64,000 nt of DNA from positions 8,356 through 72,355 of the forward strand of contig CAZYRK010000001.1 of NCBI GenBank assembly GCA_964650475.1, read 5' to 3'. Made by a program: the position numbers and the translations under genes. Within the stretch, counting starts at the first letter, position 1, and every line of letters starts with the position of its first letter. The notes beneath the pieces were generated by a model, which made no database searches, was not told the origin of the DNA, and worked only from the letters and a program-made list of their open reading frames with translations. This document shows, piece after piece, positions 39,763-48,592 of this stretch. Origin of the DNA: an uncultured Candidatus Saccharibacteria bacterium (lineage in GTDB: Bacteria > Patescibacteriota > Minisyncoccia > Phycocordibacterales > Phycocordibacteraceae).

Positions 39763-40401
39763 TCAATACAAATACAAACCGGCAGACACCCAAATAGCAA
39801 TCCCCAGCATATAGAAAGACATTTTTTCTTGTACTCCAAAGCGCCATAATGGGCTAAATTTTGCCTGTCCGAAATATGCCCATAAGGTAAGCAAAACGGA
39901 GGTCATGAATATATCGTTATTTGACACAGGGATTGTAGTCAACCCTGTGTACGCCATAACGATAACCCATGTTGTGAAAGTGGCAAAAAGAATGTGTATG
40001 TACCCCGCCACGGTCACATACCCTCCGTGTGCATGTGCCTCGGGTATGTTCTTGCTTGCCGGAGCATAAACCAACACTGCGAGCAAAAACCACGCCCAGA
40101 AAAAGATCATGAATAATACGAGGCCTCCAAACTGCATGTATTCGAAACTATACTTTTGCACAAGATACGCAACCAACGGACTTATGATGAACAAATCCGC
40201 CCACATACCTCCGTGCTGCATAAACGAATACCCTTTTACACCACGTTCCTCCATTTGTTTTTTTGTGGCGTATCCATCAATTCTGGACGCAACAAACTGC
40301 GCCAAAATTAAAAGAAGCTCCAGACCCAGCACTTCAAAGAAAATCGCATTTGCCTTGATTAATCCCCAAACGACAAAGAACATCTCATGTACATTAAACA
40401 T
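39763..40401 (-). CDS. hypothetical polytopic membrane protein
   Basis: 212-aa hydrophobic ORF, divergent from the gene at 40658. Confidence 0.5.
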   Translation of the reverse strand: MFNVHEMFFVVWGLIKANAIFFEVLGLELLLILAQFVASRIDGYATKKQMEERGVKGYSFMQHGGMWADLFIISPLVAYLVQKYSFEYMQFGGLVLFMIFFWAWFLLAVLVYAPASKNIPEAHAHGGYVTVAGYIHILFATFTTWVIVMAYTGLTTIPVSNNDIFMTSVLLTLWAYFGQAKFSPLWRFGVQEKMSFYMLGIAIWVSAGLYLY

Positions 40402-40496
40402 TTCACTCCTCCCTTTTTATATACACAATTATGATTTTTAATACATTGTTTATAAATGTATCTCCTGTATAAACTATATCTATTTTAGAGCATTAT

Positions 40497-40556
40497 GTCA
40501 AGCGCGCTGAATTAACTCTTGAACTGCAGTTCAAGAGTTAATTCAGCGCGCTTGAC
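40497..40556. repeat. perfect 60-bp palindrome centred on CTGCAG
   Basis: gtcaagcgcgctgaattaactcttgaactg|cagttcaagagttaattcagcgcgcttgac, checked base by base. Confidence 0.9.
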
Positions 40557-40657
40557 TATCGCTTGGCAATCTGGCATTATTATTTTTAGATAAAAGATCC
40601 TTTCAAAAAGTCAACCAACAAAAAGTAATACAAACCCTAAACCTAGAGGAGGTTATT

Positions 40658-41173
40658 ATGGGAACAAGACTTTTAACGCAAAGGCTGGTGCCCCGCCAAA
40701 GAGAACCCATGGATATAGAAACTCTGTCGACAATGGTGTCGACGTTTCCGTGGATCGCCGAGCGCATCGGCGAGACACCTGAGTATGTCCACATAGTGGA
40801 TGCTCAGATGTCTATATTAAGTTACCAACCAATGATTGAGGAAGTAATTTGGTTGTTAAACAAAAAAGGCGAGGTTGTTGTGTTTAGCCCGCCGATCAGA
40901 AAGATTTTGTTCTGGAAACTGCCTGCCAAAAGCTCTGTAAATGGTGTTGTACGGAACGAGGAAGTAGGAGATGTTGTTTATCGTCTCGGAAAGGAAGCTG
41001 AAAAAATCCGTATTGTGCTTTCCTACCACCGAGGTAATGAAACAGCGATTGTGTATCTCCTAGGAGATACACAATCGCTGTACGAAAGTCTCGACGAGGA
41101 ATACCAGCGCGAACGCGAAACCTTTTTACAGTTTGCCACGCGCGCAAGTTTGCTAAACAGTGGGCATCTGTAA
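40658..41173 (+). CDS. hypothetical protein
   Basis: 171-aa ORF preceded by a strong SD, aggagg-N6-ATG, and followed by two tandem terminators. Confidence 0.55.
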   Translation: MGTRLLTQRLVPRQREPMDIETLSTMVSTFPWIAERIGETPEYVHIVDAQMSILSYQPMIEEVIWLLNKKGEVVVFSPPIRKILFWKLPAKSSVNGVVRNEEVGDVVYRLGKEAEKIRIVLSYHRGNETAIVYLLGDTQSLYESLDEEYQRERETFLQFATRASLLNSGHL

Positions 41174-41202
41174 TTTCCGCGTGTTTTCCACCACGCATTC
41201 AA

Positions 41203-41237
41203 AGGTTCGTCGTTTACGACGAACCTTTTTCTTTTTA
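41203..41237 (+). terminator. rho-independent terminator
   Basis: aaaggttcgtcg-tttac-gacgaacctttttcttttt. Confidence 0.7.
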
Positions 41238-41300
41238 AATCGCACTACATATAAAACTTAATAAACAGTGCGCCTTTATAATTAGTGCCCGTTACAACTC

Positions 41301-41337
41301 AAAACGCCCGCCGTTTACGGCGGGCGTTTTTTCTTTT
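41301..41337 (+). terminator. second tandem rho-independent terminator
   Basis: aaaacgcccgccg-tttac-ggcgggcgttttttcttttt. Confidence 0.7.
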
Positions 41338-41398
41338 TATATTATATTTAAGTGGATTGCTTCCCTATCGAAAACTAAATCTAATGTATGCTTATTAA

Positions 41399-43222
41399 AT
41401 GCTTACACGCCCACAATCCTGCTGTGTAAAAAACGTTTTCAATAACTCAGGAGACGTTTCGCTCACAAGTCTTATTTTCGGCGCGCCCCTTATTTTTACA
41501 GTACTCAGCATTATTGGTTTTTTGTTTCACCTGCCACTACTGTATTTAATAGTTATAGCCACTTCCATAGTAACAATTCTCATTCATTCTTATCATGAGA
41601 TTCGTAACGGAAATTTCTCACTCGAATACATAACACTGCTTGCTCTTTTTGTTAGCGCCGGAACAGAAGAATACCTTGCAGGAGCAATTATCGGCACCAT
41701 GTTTGCAATAGGCAGAGTTTTCGAAAAATACACTCTTGCGAGAGTTTTAAAACCTCTCAAAGATTTTTTAGATTTTATTCCGAAAACTGCTCTGATTAAA
41801 AAAGGCGTTTCAAAAACGCGAGAAACACCTATTACAAGCGTACACGAAGGAGACATTGTTGTGGTACATAATGGCAACGTCGTGCCTTTAGATGGTTGGC
41901 TCCTTTCAGAAAACGCGGTATTAAATATTTCAAAACTAACAAATGAACAGGCTCCGAAAATAATCCTGAGAGATGCATTCATCAGAAGCGGTAGTATCAA
42001 TACTGGAAAAACTTTTGAGTTTTTGGTTGCGAACACATCTGCAACATCAACGTACCACCGAGTAGTCTCACTTGTTACGCGAGCCAAAGTCGGCAGAGCA
42101 CACTTCGTGCGCTCTGCCGAAAAAGCAAACACACCGTTTACAATTTTAATACTCGCCGTGGCACTTGGCACATATTTAATAACACACGACCCTTCTCGCA
42201 CACTTGCGGTACTGGCAGTAGCAACAACAAGATCGCTTACTATCGCTACACCGATTGCTTTTTTCGGAGGTATTTCACAAACACTTCGTTCCAACATTAT
42301 AATCAAACATCCTTCCGTACTTGAAAGCCTTGCAAAGGCTTCCGATATCTTTTTTGACAAAACACGCACCCTGACATTCGGCTCGATACATTTTGTTGCT
42401 GTCGATTTATATAATTCGGATTTTTCCGTCACCAGTGCGCTCGCGTATGCGAGCGCACTGGGGCTCCACTCCACACACCCTCTTTCCGAAGCTGTTGTAA
42501 AAACCGCGCACATATGCGAAACACCGATATATTTCGCAACGAAAGTAACAGAACAAAGCAAAAGAGGTATAAACGGATATATAGACGGAATGCCGGTTTC
42601 TCTTACACATACAATTTCCCAAAAAACCGACTACGATATCGCACTCACTCTTTCTGTAAACGAAATACCATACGCAACATTATTTTTTGCAGAAAACATC
42701 GACACTGACACAAAAAAACAATTCCTAAAACTTTCCAAAACAGGATGTAATATTTCAATTTTTACTCAGAAACAATCTGCGTCGACACGAGTTTTTAAAC
42801 AAACGCCAATAACACTACACACCGGATGCACTTCTGAAAAAAAGAGTTCCTTAATCTCCCGAGCAAAACTTGGCGGGAAAATTGTAGCTGTTGTCGGTGA
42901 CGGAATGAGTGATACCCAAACCCTTTCATGTGCAGACGTGGGGATAATGCTTTCAGGTGCTGAAACAGGTACCTGCGTTTATGCAACAAGTGTTGTCGTG
43001 CTTGGAAATAATCCAGAGCATATACGCACCTTAATAAAGATTGCGAACAAAACCGTTTATATAGCAAAACAAAGTATATATATAGGTATAGGTTTTTCTA
43101 TTATAGGGATATGGTTTGCAACCGCAGGAATCATCACTCCTATTAGCGGAGCACTACTGCAAAAAACCGTAGATGTTTTCGTTACATTAAACACTCTTCG
43201 CAACAAAACAGCTGCACAATAA
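41399..43222 (+). CDS. divergent P1B-like P-type ATPase homolog with degenerate catalytic and metal-binding motifs
   Basis: Still has the HP motif (STHPLSEAVV) and a GDGMSDTQTLSCADVGIML hinge. DKTGT is DKTRT, TGES is TNEQ, and the TM6 CPC is replaced (TTRSLTIATPIAF). Confidence 0.6.
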   Translation: MLTRPQSCCVKNVFNNSGDVSLTSLIFGAPLIFTVLSIIGFLFHLPLLYLIVIATSIVTILIHSYHEIRNGNFSLEYITLLALFVSAGTEEYLAGAIIGTMFAIGRVFEKYTLARVLKPLKDFLDFIPKTALIKKGVSKTRETPITSVHEGDIVVVHNGNVVPLDGWLLSENAVLNISKLTNEQAPKIILRDAFIRSGSINTGKTFEFLVANTSATSTYHRVVSLVTRAKVGRAHFVRSAEKANTPFTILILAVALGTYLITHDPSRTLAVLAVATTRSLTIATPIAFFGGISQTLRSNIIIKHPSVLESLAKASDIFFDKTRTLTFGSIHFVAVDLYNSDFSVTSALAYASALGLHSTHPLSEAVVKTAHICETPIYFATKVTEQSKRGINGYIDGMPVSLTHTISQKTDYDIALTLSVNEIPYATLFFAENIDTDTKKQFLKLSKTGCNISIFTQKQSASTRVFKQTPITLHTGCTSEKKSSLISRAKLGGKIVAVVGDGMSDTQTLSCADVGIMLSGAETGTCVYATSVVVLGNNPEHIRTLIKIANKTVYIAKQSIYIGIGFSIIGIWFATAGIITPISGALLQKTVDVFVTLNTLRNKTAAQ

Positions 43223-43293
43223 AACAAAGAACTCTTGCATGTGGATAAACACATTATATTTTTTATGCAAGGTGTTACTGTATAAATAATTGT

Positions 43294-43653
43294 ATGAACC
43301 TCTTAGCTTATCGTGAACATGAAAACCGACCATGGGGTTCGTTTGAACAATTCACTAAAAACGAGCCTTCGACTGTAAAAATAATTTCGGTCAAACCGGA
43401 CAAGCGTCTCTCTTTGCAAAAGCACGCGCACCGCAACGAGTTTTGGTACATAATTTCCGGAAACGGAACAGTAACAATAGGAGAAAAAGAGCTTCAGGCA
43501 AAACCAAACAACTCGTTTGAAGTTCCTGTCCACACGCTTCACCGTATTTCCGCAGGACACGAAGGTATCTCATTACTTGAAATTGCGTTTGGTTCTTTCG
43601 ATGAAAACGATATAGAACGCATTGAAGACGACTTCGGTCGCACCACCCCATAA
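43294..43653 (+). CDS. cupin-domain protein (mannose-6-phosphate isomerase type II C-terminal-like)
   Basis: 119-aa double-stranded beta-helix with His motifs, LQKHAHRNEFWYIISG...HRIS. Confidence 0.55.
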   Translation: MNLLAYREHENRPWGSFEQFTKNEPSTVKIISVKPDKRLSLQKHAHRNEFWYIISGNGTVTIGEKELQAKPNNSFEVPVHTLHRISAGHEGISLLEIAFGSFDENDIERIEDDFGRTTP

Positions 43654-44848
43654 ATTTATGTTCATACTTATCGCGTACACAATTGCGTTTTTTGTTACCG
43701 GTTTTACTGCCAGTGTTATTGTTGGAATTGTTTTTTTCCCTCCTGTACGGAAAAAAATTATCGAGAAGCTTTCAGAGTTTACAAAACATCATGAGGCAAA
43801 AAAACAACCTGAGCTTTTACTCAAACGACACCAAACAAACCCCATTTTAAAACCTCATGCAAATCTATGGGAAGCAGTGTCTGTAATGAACCCGGCGGCG
43901 ATACACCTAGACGGGAAAATCCATCTTATTTATCGAGCTATAGGAGCTGACGGTGTTTCGCGTCTCGGGTACGCAAACAGTAACGACGGTATAAATTTTG
44001 ATACAGTCCTTCCATATCCTGTTTACGCCGTATTGAACCCCGGCGGAGCCGGTTCAATACGGCGTTACTCCCCTGTTTTATATCCTTCCGGAGGTTCGTG
44101 GGGAGGTTGCGAAGATCCGCGCATGGTCGTGATAGATGAAAATGTGTACGTTACATTTAATCTGTTCGATAACTGGGTACTTCGTATCGGTGTAATATCA
44201 ATAAGCAAAAACAACTTCATTGCAAACCGTTTTAATAAATGGAGCGATGCGATTATCCTTTCGAACAGTAATCGTGAAAAAAACTGGATGTTATTTCCTG
44301 AGAAAATCCACGGGAAATTTGCCGTCTTGCACGGCATCATAGACGAAGATGAAAATAAGGTACGCATAGAATACACAGCCCACCTAAACGACTTATCCAA
44401 ACAAAAGTTTGAAACCGTTGACCCGCAAACAGTGCCTGACAAAAAAATCGCTTGGCATATGCACGTGCGCAGTGCAGGCCCTCCGCCGATAAAAACAAAA
44501 TACGGATGGCTCGTGCTCTATCACGCACACGACCAAGAAGAGTCGAGTCGCTATAAACTCGGAGCAATGCTACTCGACCTAAACGACCCGACAAAAATAT
44601 TACACCGATCTCCGCACCCCATACTCGAGCCCGATGCGGTATATGAAAACGATGGTAAGCCCGGGGTTATTTACGCTTGCGGTGCAGTGATAAAAGACGA
44701 TACGATGTTTGTGTACTATGGTGGAGCCGACAAAATAACTGCAGTAGCAAGCACTCCGGCGGAAGACTTTTTACAAGCACTTGTACAAGACAATACAAGC
44801 GCAGATGATGTGGAACTTTCACTTCATGCAAGTTCCGGAGCAAATTAA
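43622..44848 (+). CDS. GH130-family (DUF377) glycoside phosphorylase/hydrolase-like protein with an N-terminal TM anchor
   Basis: VMNPAAIHLDGKIHLIYRAIG and GCEDPRMVVIDENVYVTFN are GH130 signatures. The hydrophobic N-terminus is ILIAYTIAFFVTGFTASVIVGIVFF. The true start may be the ATG at 43658. Confidence 0.65.
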   Translation: MKTTSVAPPHKFMFILIAYTIAFFVTGFTASVIVGIVFFPPVRKKIIEKLSEFTKHHEAKKQPELLLKRHQTNPILKPHANLWEAVSVMNPAAIHLDGKIHLIYRAIGADGVSRLGYANSNDGINFDTVLPYPVYAVLNPGGAGSIRRYSPVLYPSGGSWGGCEDPRMVVIDENVYVTFNLFDNWVLRIGVISISKNNFIANRFNKWSDAIILSNSNREKNWMLFPEKIHGKFAVLHGIIDEDENKVRIEYTAHLNDLSKQKFETVDPQTVPDKKIAWHMHVRSAGPPPIKTKYGWLVLYHAHDQEESSRYKLGAMLLDLNDPTKILHRSPHPILEPDAVYENDGKPGVIYACGAVIKDDTMFVYYGGADKITAVASTPAEDFLQALVQDNTSADDVELSLHASSGAN

Positions 44849-44870
44849 AAATTAATTCAAATAAGAAAAC

Positions 44871-46802
44871 ATGTTTATTGTCCGTCGCGAACCAAGCAAC
44901 CCTATACTTTTACCGCACAACACACGCTCGTGGGAAGCTGTTGCCACTTACAATCCATCTGCCATCCGTACAAATGATGGCGTGCGCATATACTATAGAG
45001 CGCTTGGTGACCCGGACACACTTACTACCCCACCGGCAAGTTTCTCCACGGTTGCAACCGCCTTTTCCGAAGACGGGATTCATTTTCATTCACACCGTCA
45101 AGTAATATCTCCCACAGAACCGTGGGAACAATTCGGGTGCGAAGATCCACGTGCTACTTTTTTCGAAGGCAAATGGTACGTATTTTATACCGCACTAGGT
45201 GGCTTCCCTTTTGGTCCGGACAATATAAAAGTCGGTGTAGCTATCGGTGAAAAACCCGAGGAGCTCACCGAACACCGTCTTGTTACACCATTCAATGCAA
45301 AAGCCGCAACTTTATTTCCGGAGCGCATCGATGGTGATGTGGTTTTAATGCTAACAGCTCATACAGATTGGACCGAGGAGCACCCGTACCCGACAATAGG
45401 CATAGCTCGTGCAAAACAAATCGAAGACTTTTTTGATAGCTCGTATTGGGAAGATTGGCATTCAAACATTGAGCAACACGCACTTGCGGAGCTACGCCGT
45501 TCAGACAATGACCATATTGAAGTTGGGGCAACACCTATCAAGACAAACGAGGGCTGGTTGTTTATATATTCTTATATCCAAAATTATTATGATGAGAGCA
45601 AACGTACCTTTGGTATCGAGGCAGCTATTCTTGACCGTGGAAATCCAAAACGTCTAATCTCACGAACGTACCCTATGCTTGTTCCTGAAGAAGTTTATGA
45701 AAAATACGGACTTGTACCGAATATCATATTTCCTTCCGGAGCTACAATAAACGGCAACATGCTTGAGATATGGTATGGAGCCTCAGATACAGTCTCTGCA
45801 AAATGCTACATTCGACTAAACGACATTTTGCGCGCGCTCGACCCTTCGCGCCCTGCGCGCACTCTTATACGTGCACCACAAAATCCGATACTCGAACCGC
45901 GTGGAAACGGTTTTGAAGAATCCGCAGTATTTAATGCCGGCGCGATAGACCTCGACGGCTCGATATATATCTTATACAGAGCAATGGGTAGCGAAAACAC
46001 ATCTGTAATAGGATGTGCGATTTCAAAAGACGGGGTTCATATCGATGAAAGACTTGATAAACCGATATATATTCCACGCGCGGATTTTGAACAGAAAAAA
46101 GGAGGCTCACACGGAAATTCTGGTTGTGAAGACCCACGTCTTTCTTTAATTGATAATCGTATTTATCTTACGTATACCGCATACGACGGTGTGAACACCC
46201 CAAAAGGCGCATTGTCTTCTATATCTGTCGAAGATTTTAAAGCCCGTCGTTTTGAAAATTGGGAAATGCCGGTGCTCATCACACCAGATAATATAGACGA
46301 CAAAGACATTGGTCTTTTGCCTGAAAAAATTGATGGGAACTTCCTAATCTATCACCGCATAGCGAACCATATCTGCGCTGACATACTTCCGGATATTACG
46401 CTTGGGAAACGTATTTCGCGATGCATAGAGATTATGGGGCCACGCGAAGGTATGTGGGATTCAGAAAAAGTTGGTCTTGCAGGCACACCGATTAAAGTCG
46501 AAGACGGTTGGCTCTTTATATATCACGGGGTTTCGCATCGAGGACGATATCGCCTTGGAGTGGCACTTCTTGCGCATGACGGACTTACCATCTTGGCGCG
46601 TACCGCAGATCCTGTTTTTGAACCCGTTAAACCATATGAACAAGACGGGGCTGTTCATAACGTTGTCTTTTCCTGTGGAAGCGTGGTTCGTGATGACACT
46701 GTTTTCGTATATTACGGTGGAGGTGATCGTGTTACCGGAGTGGCAACAGGTAGCATGAAGCACATACTGGACACTCTTCGCGCAAACAAAACATATGTCT
46801 GA
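44871..46802 (+). CDS. tandem double GH130-like domain protein
   Basis: Two full repeats, each with YNPSAI/FNAGAI...YRA(L/M)G and GCEDPR motifs (GCEDPRATFFEGKWYVFYTA and GCEDPRLSLIDNRIYLTYTA). 643 aa. Confidence 0.65.
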   Translation: MFIVRREPSNPILLPHNTRSWEAVATYNPSAIRTNDGVRIYYRALGDPDTLTTPPASFSTVATAFSEDGIHFHSHRQVISPTEPWEQFGCEDPRATFFEGKWYVFYTALGGFPFGPDNIKVGVAIGEKPEELTEHRLVTPFNAKAATLFPERIDGDVVLMLTAHTDWTEEHPYPTIGIARAKQIEDFFDSSYWEDWHSNIEQHALAELRRSDNDHIEVGATPIKTNEGWLFIYSYIQNYYDESKRTFGIEAAILDRGNPKRLISRTYPMLVPEEVYEKYGLVPNIIFPSGATINGNMLEIWYGASDTVSAKCYIRLNDILRALDPSRPARTLIRAPQNPILEPRGNGFEESAVFNAGAIDLDGSIYILYRAMGSENTSVIGCAISKDGVHIDERLDKPIYIPRADFEQKKGGSHGNSGCEDPRLSLIDNRIYLTYTAYDGVNTPKGALSSISVEDFKARRFENWEMPVLITPDNIDDKDIGLLPEKIDGNFLIYHRIANHICADILPDITLGKRISRCIEIMGPREGMWDSEKVGLAGTPIKVEDGWLFIYHGVSHRGRYRLGVALLAHDGLTILARTADPVFEPVKPYEQDGAVHNVVFSCGSVVRDDTVFVYYGGGDRVTGVATGSMKHILDTLRANKTYV

Positions 46803-47568
46803 TTTACCTTCGCAAGCGATACCAAAATGTGTCATGTTTGACTTGGACAATACACTTGCCAAAAGCAAGCAGTCTCTTGACGAGACAATGGCGCAAACGC
46901 TTACAAAACTTTTGAAAGTTACAAACGTTGCAATAACTTCCGGAGGAAAACTTGAGCAACTCGTTAAGCAGGTCGACAACCAACTTGGTGACGAAGCCTG
47001 TCGCGAGAGACTTTTCTTATTACCGACCTCAGGTGCCTCTCTTTACGTACATACCAACAATACATGGACTCGCATATATGAAGAGACTCTTTCTCCGAAA
47101 GAAGAAAGAGAAATTGCAAACGCTATAAAGATAGCAAACGATACTACGCACACTGTCGATTTTAACCAAAGAGCTTATGGAGAGCGAATCGAGTTTCGTG
47201 GAGCGCAAGTTTCTTTCTCTGCGCTCGGTCAAGAAGCTCCGCTTGATAAAAAACTGACGTGGGACAAGACGCGCGCGAAACGCGAAGCGTTTCGCGCGCG
47301 TCTTGCTCCGATACTAAAAAACTACACAGTGCGCATCGGTGGCACAACGACAATCGACATAACAAAAAAAGGTATCGACAAAGCCTATGGAGTACGCAAA
47401 CTTTCCGAATACCTCTCTATTCCAATTAAACAGATGCTTTATGTCGGCGACGAGCTTAAAGAAAACGGCAATGACGAGGTGGTTATTTCAACAGGTATCA
47501 AAACACACCCTGTTACATCTCCGGACGACACGCGAGATTTTATAAAACAATTTATCTTACATATTTAA
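46795..47568 (+). CDS. HAD-superfamily hydrolase (IIB/Cof-like sugar-phosphate phosphatase type)
   Basis: Motif I VMFDLDNTLA, motif II ITSGG, C-terminal GDELKENGND. Overlaps the GH130 gene stop. Confidence 0.6.
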   Translation: MSDLPSQAIPKCVMFDLDNTLAKSKQSLDETMAQTLTKLLKVTNVAITSGGKLEQLVKQVDNQLGDEACRERLFLLPTSGASLYVHTNNTWTRIYEETLSPKEEREIANAIKIANDTTHTVDFNQRAYGERIEFRGAQVSFSALGQEAPLDKKLTWDKTRAKREAFRARLAPILKNYTVRIGGTTTIDITKKGIDKAYGVRKLSEYLSIPIKQMLYVGDELKENGNDEVVISTGIKTHPVTSPDDTRDFIKQFILHI

Positions 47569-47580
47569 AGACCCATCCAC

Positions 47581-47625
47581 AAGACCAAACACAGCGCCGG
47601 CTTCGCCGGCGCTGTGTTTGGTCTT
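47581..47625 (+). terminator. 20-bp-stem hairpin after the HAD gene
   Basis: aagaccaaacacagcgccgg-cttc-gccggcgctgtgtttggtctt is a perfect stem. Confidence 0.6.
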
Positions 47626-48060
47626 TAGAAAGTAATGTGGCGCGGGTTTTTACACTAAGTTTTGCGGACACTTAGTGTCCGCAAGTGTTTAAGTGTCCGC
47701 AAGTGTTTAAAAGCTGTACATTGCGATGAGTTTTGCGGACACTTAGTGTCGGCAGAAGTGTCGGCAGAACTTGCGGACACTTAGCGCAGAACAAGTTGCG
47801 GACACTTAGTGTCCGCAGAAATGTCCGCAGAAATTAACAACTAAAAAGCGCGCGGTACGTTGCGATGAATGTGATAAAACTCGGGAGAGCTTCCTTGTTC
47901 GCGTTTCGTCCGCGTCATGCTGTTTTGTAATGCAGCGCGGGGTTTTGCGGACACTTAGTGTCCGCAAAAGTAATGTAGCGCGGGATTTTGAGGTTTGGAG
48001 AGACCAGCTAACATTTTGGGAAGGTCTAACCTTCCCAACTTCATTCCGAAGGTTAAAGTT
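47626..48060. repeat. mosaic hairpin-repeat locus 1 (modules A, B, C, D, E, F)
   Basis: At least 6 copies of the palindrome tttgcggacac-tta-gtgtccgcaaa, plus ggtacgttgcgatg, gtaatgtagcgcgNggttttg..gagaccagctaaca and ttgggaaggtctaaccttcccaac modules shared with loci 2 and 3. Confidence 0.8.
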
Positions 48061-48166
48061 ATACACACACGCACTGTTGATACAGCGTGCTAAAAGAGCG
48101 CATACTATATTAATATAAGGCGTTTTTTCCGTCTGTATTTTACACAATAATCACCAGCACAATAAC

Positions 48167-48586
48167 ATGCATCACAATCTTCGCGAACTCGCAAAAATCG
48201 CAACCGGTTTTGTTCTCGCCGACGCCGTTTTCGGTGTTTGGTTTTCAATGACAGGGCTCTTACCGATAAACTTTTTCGGGATAGAACTCACACAAGCAAC
48301 AATCTTACCCGGCGTCATATTTGATTCTGTAATGGCACTACTTCTGGCGCACTACGGCTGGGGTATAAAACTTCCTGTGCGAAGTGTTCGAGAGCGCACA
48401 TTGTTACGCATAGCTGGAACACTATTTGCAATAGTCGCAATCGGTCACTGGACGCGCATCGCTTTTGGAGCAGATATAGTACTAGGCGGTTGGATGATGC
48501 CGGTATGGCTTTCATGGGTTGCTGTTACTATTACCACTTATCTGTCATATATGAGTTTCCATTTCTCATTTATACGCAAAAACTAA
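48167..48586 (+). CDS. hypothetical small membrane protein
   Basis: 139-aa hydrophobic ORF immediately upstream of the P-type ATPase. Confidence 0.45.
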   Translation: MHHNLRELAKIATGFVLADAVFGVWFSMTGLLPINFFGIELTQATILPGVIFDSVMALLLAHYGWGIKLPVRSVRERTLLRIAGTLFAIVAIGHWTRIAFGADIVLGGWMMPVWLSWVAVTITTYLSYMSFHFSFIRKN

Positions 48587-48592
48587 ATTAAC

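Noticed and set aside
41593-42561. 322-aa minus-strand ORF
   Set aside because: It is antisense to the P-type-ATPase-homologous plus-strand gene, with no motifs.
43235-43293. Possible leaderless promoter, TTGCAT ... TATAAAT, 6 bp before the cupin ATG
   Set aside because: The spacing of the -35-like and -10-like elements is non-canonical, so it is too speculative to call.
47806-48147. 113-aa ORF spanning repeat locus 1
   Set aside because: It is a translation of the palindromic repeat modules, with no codon structure or homology.
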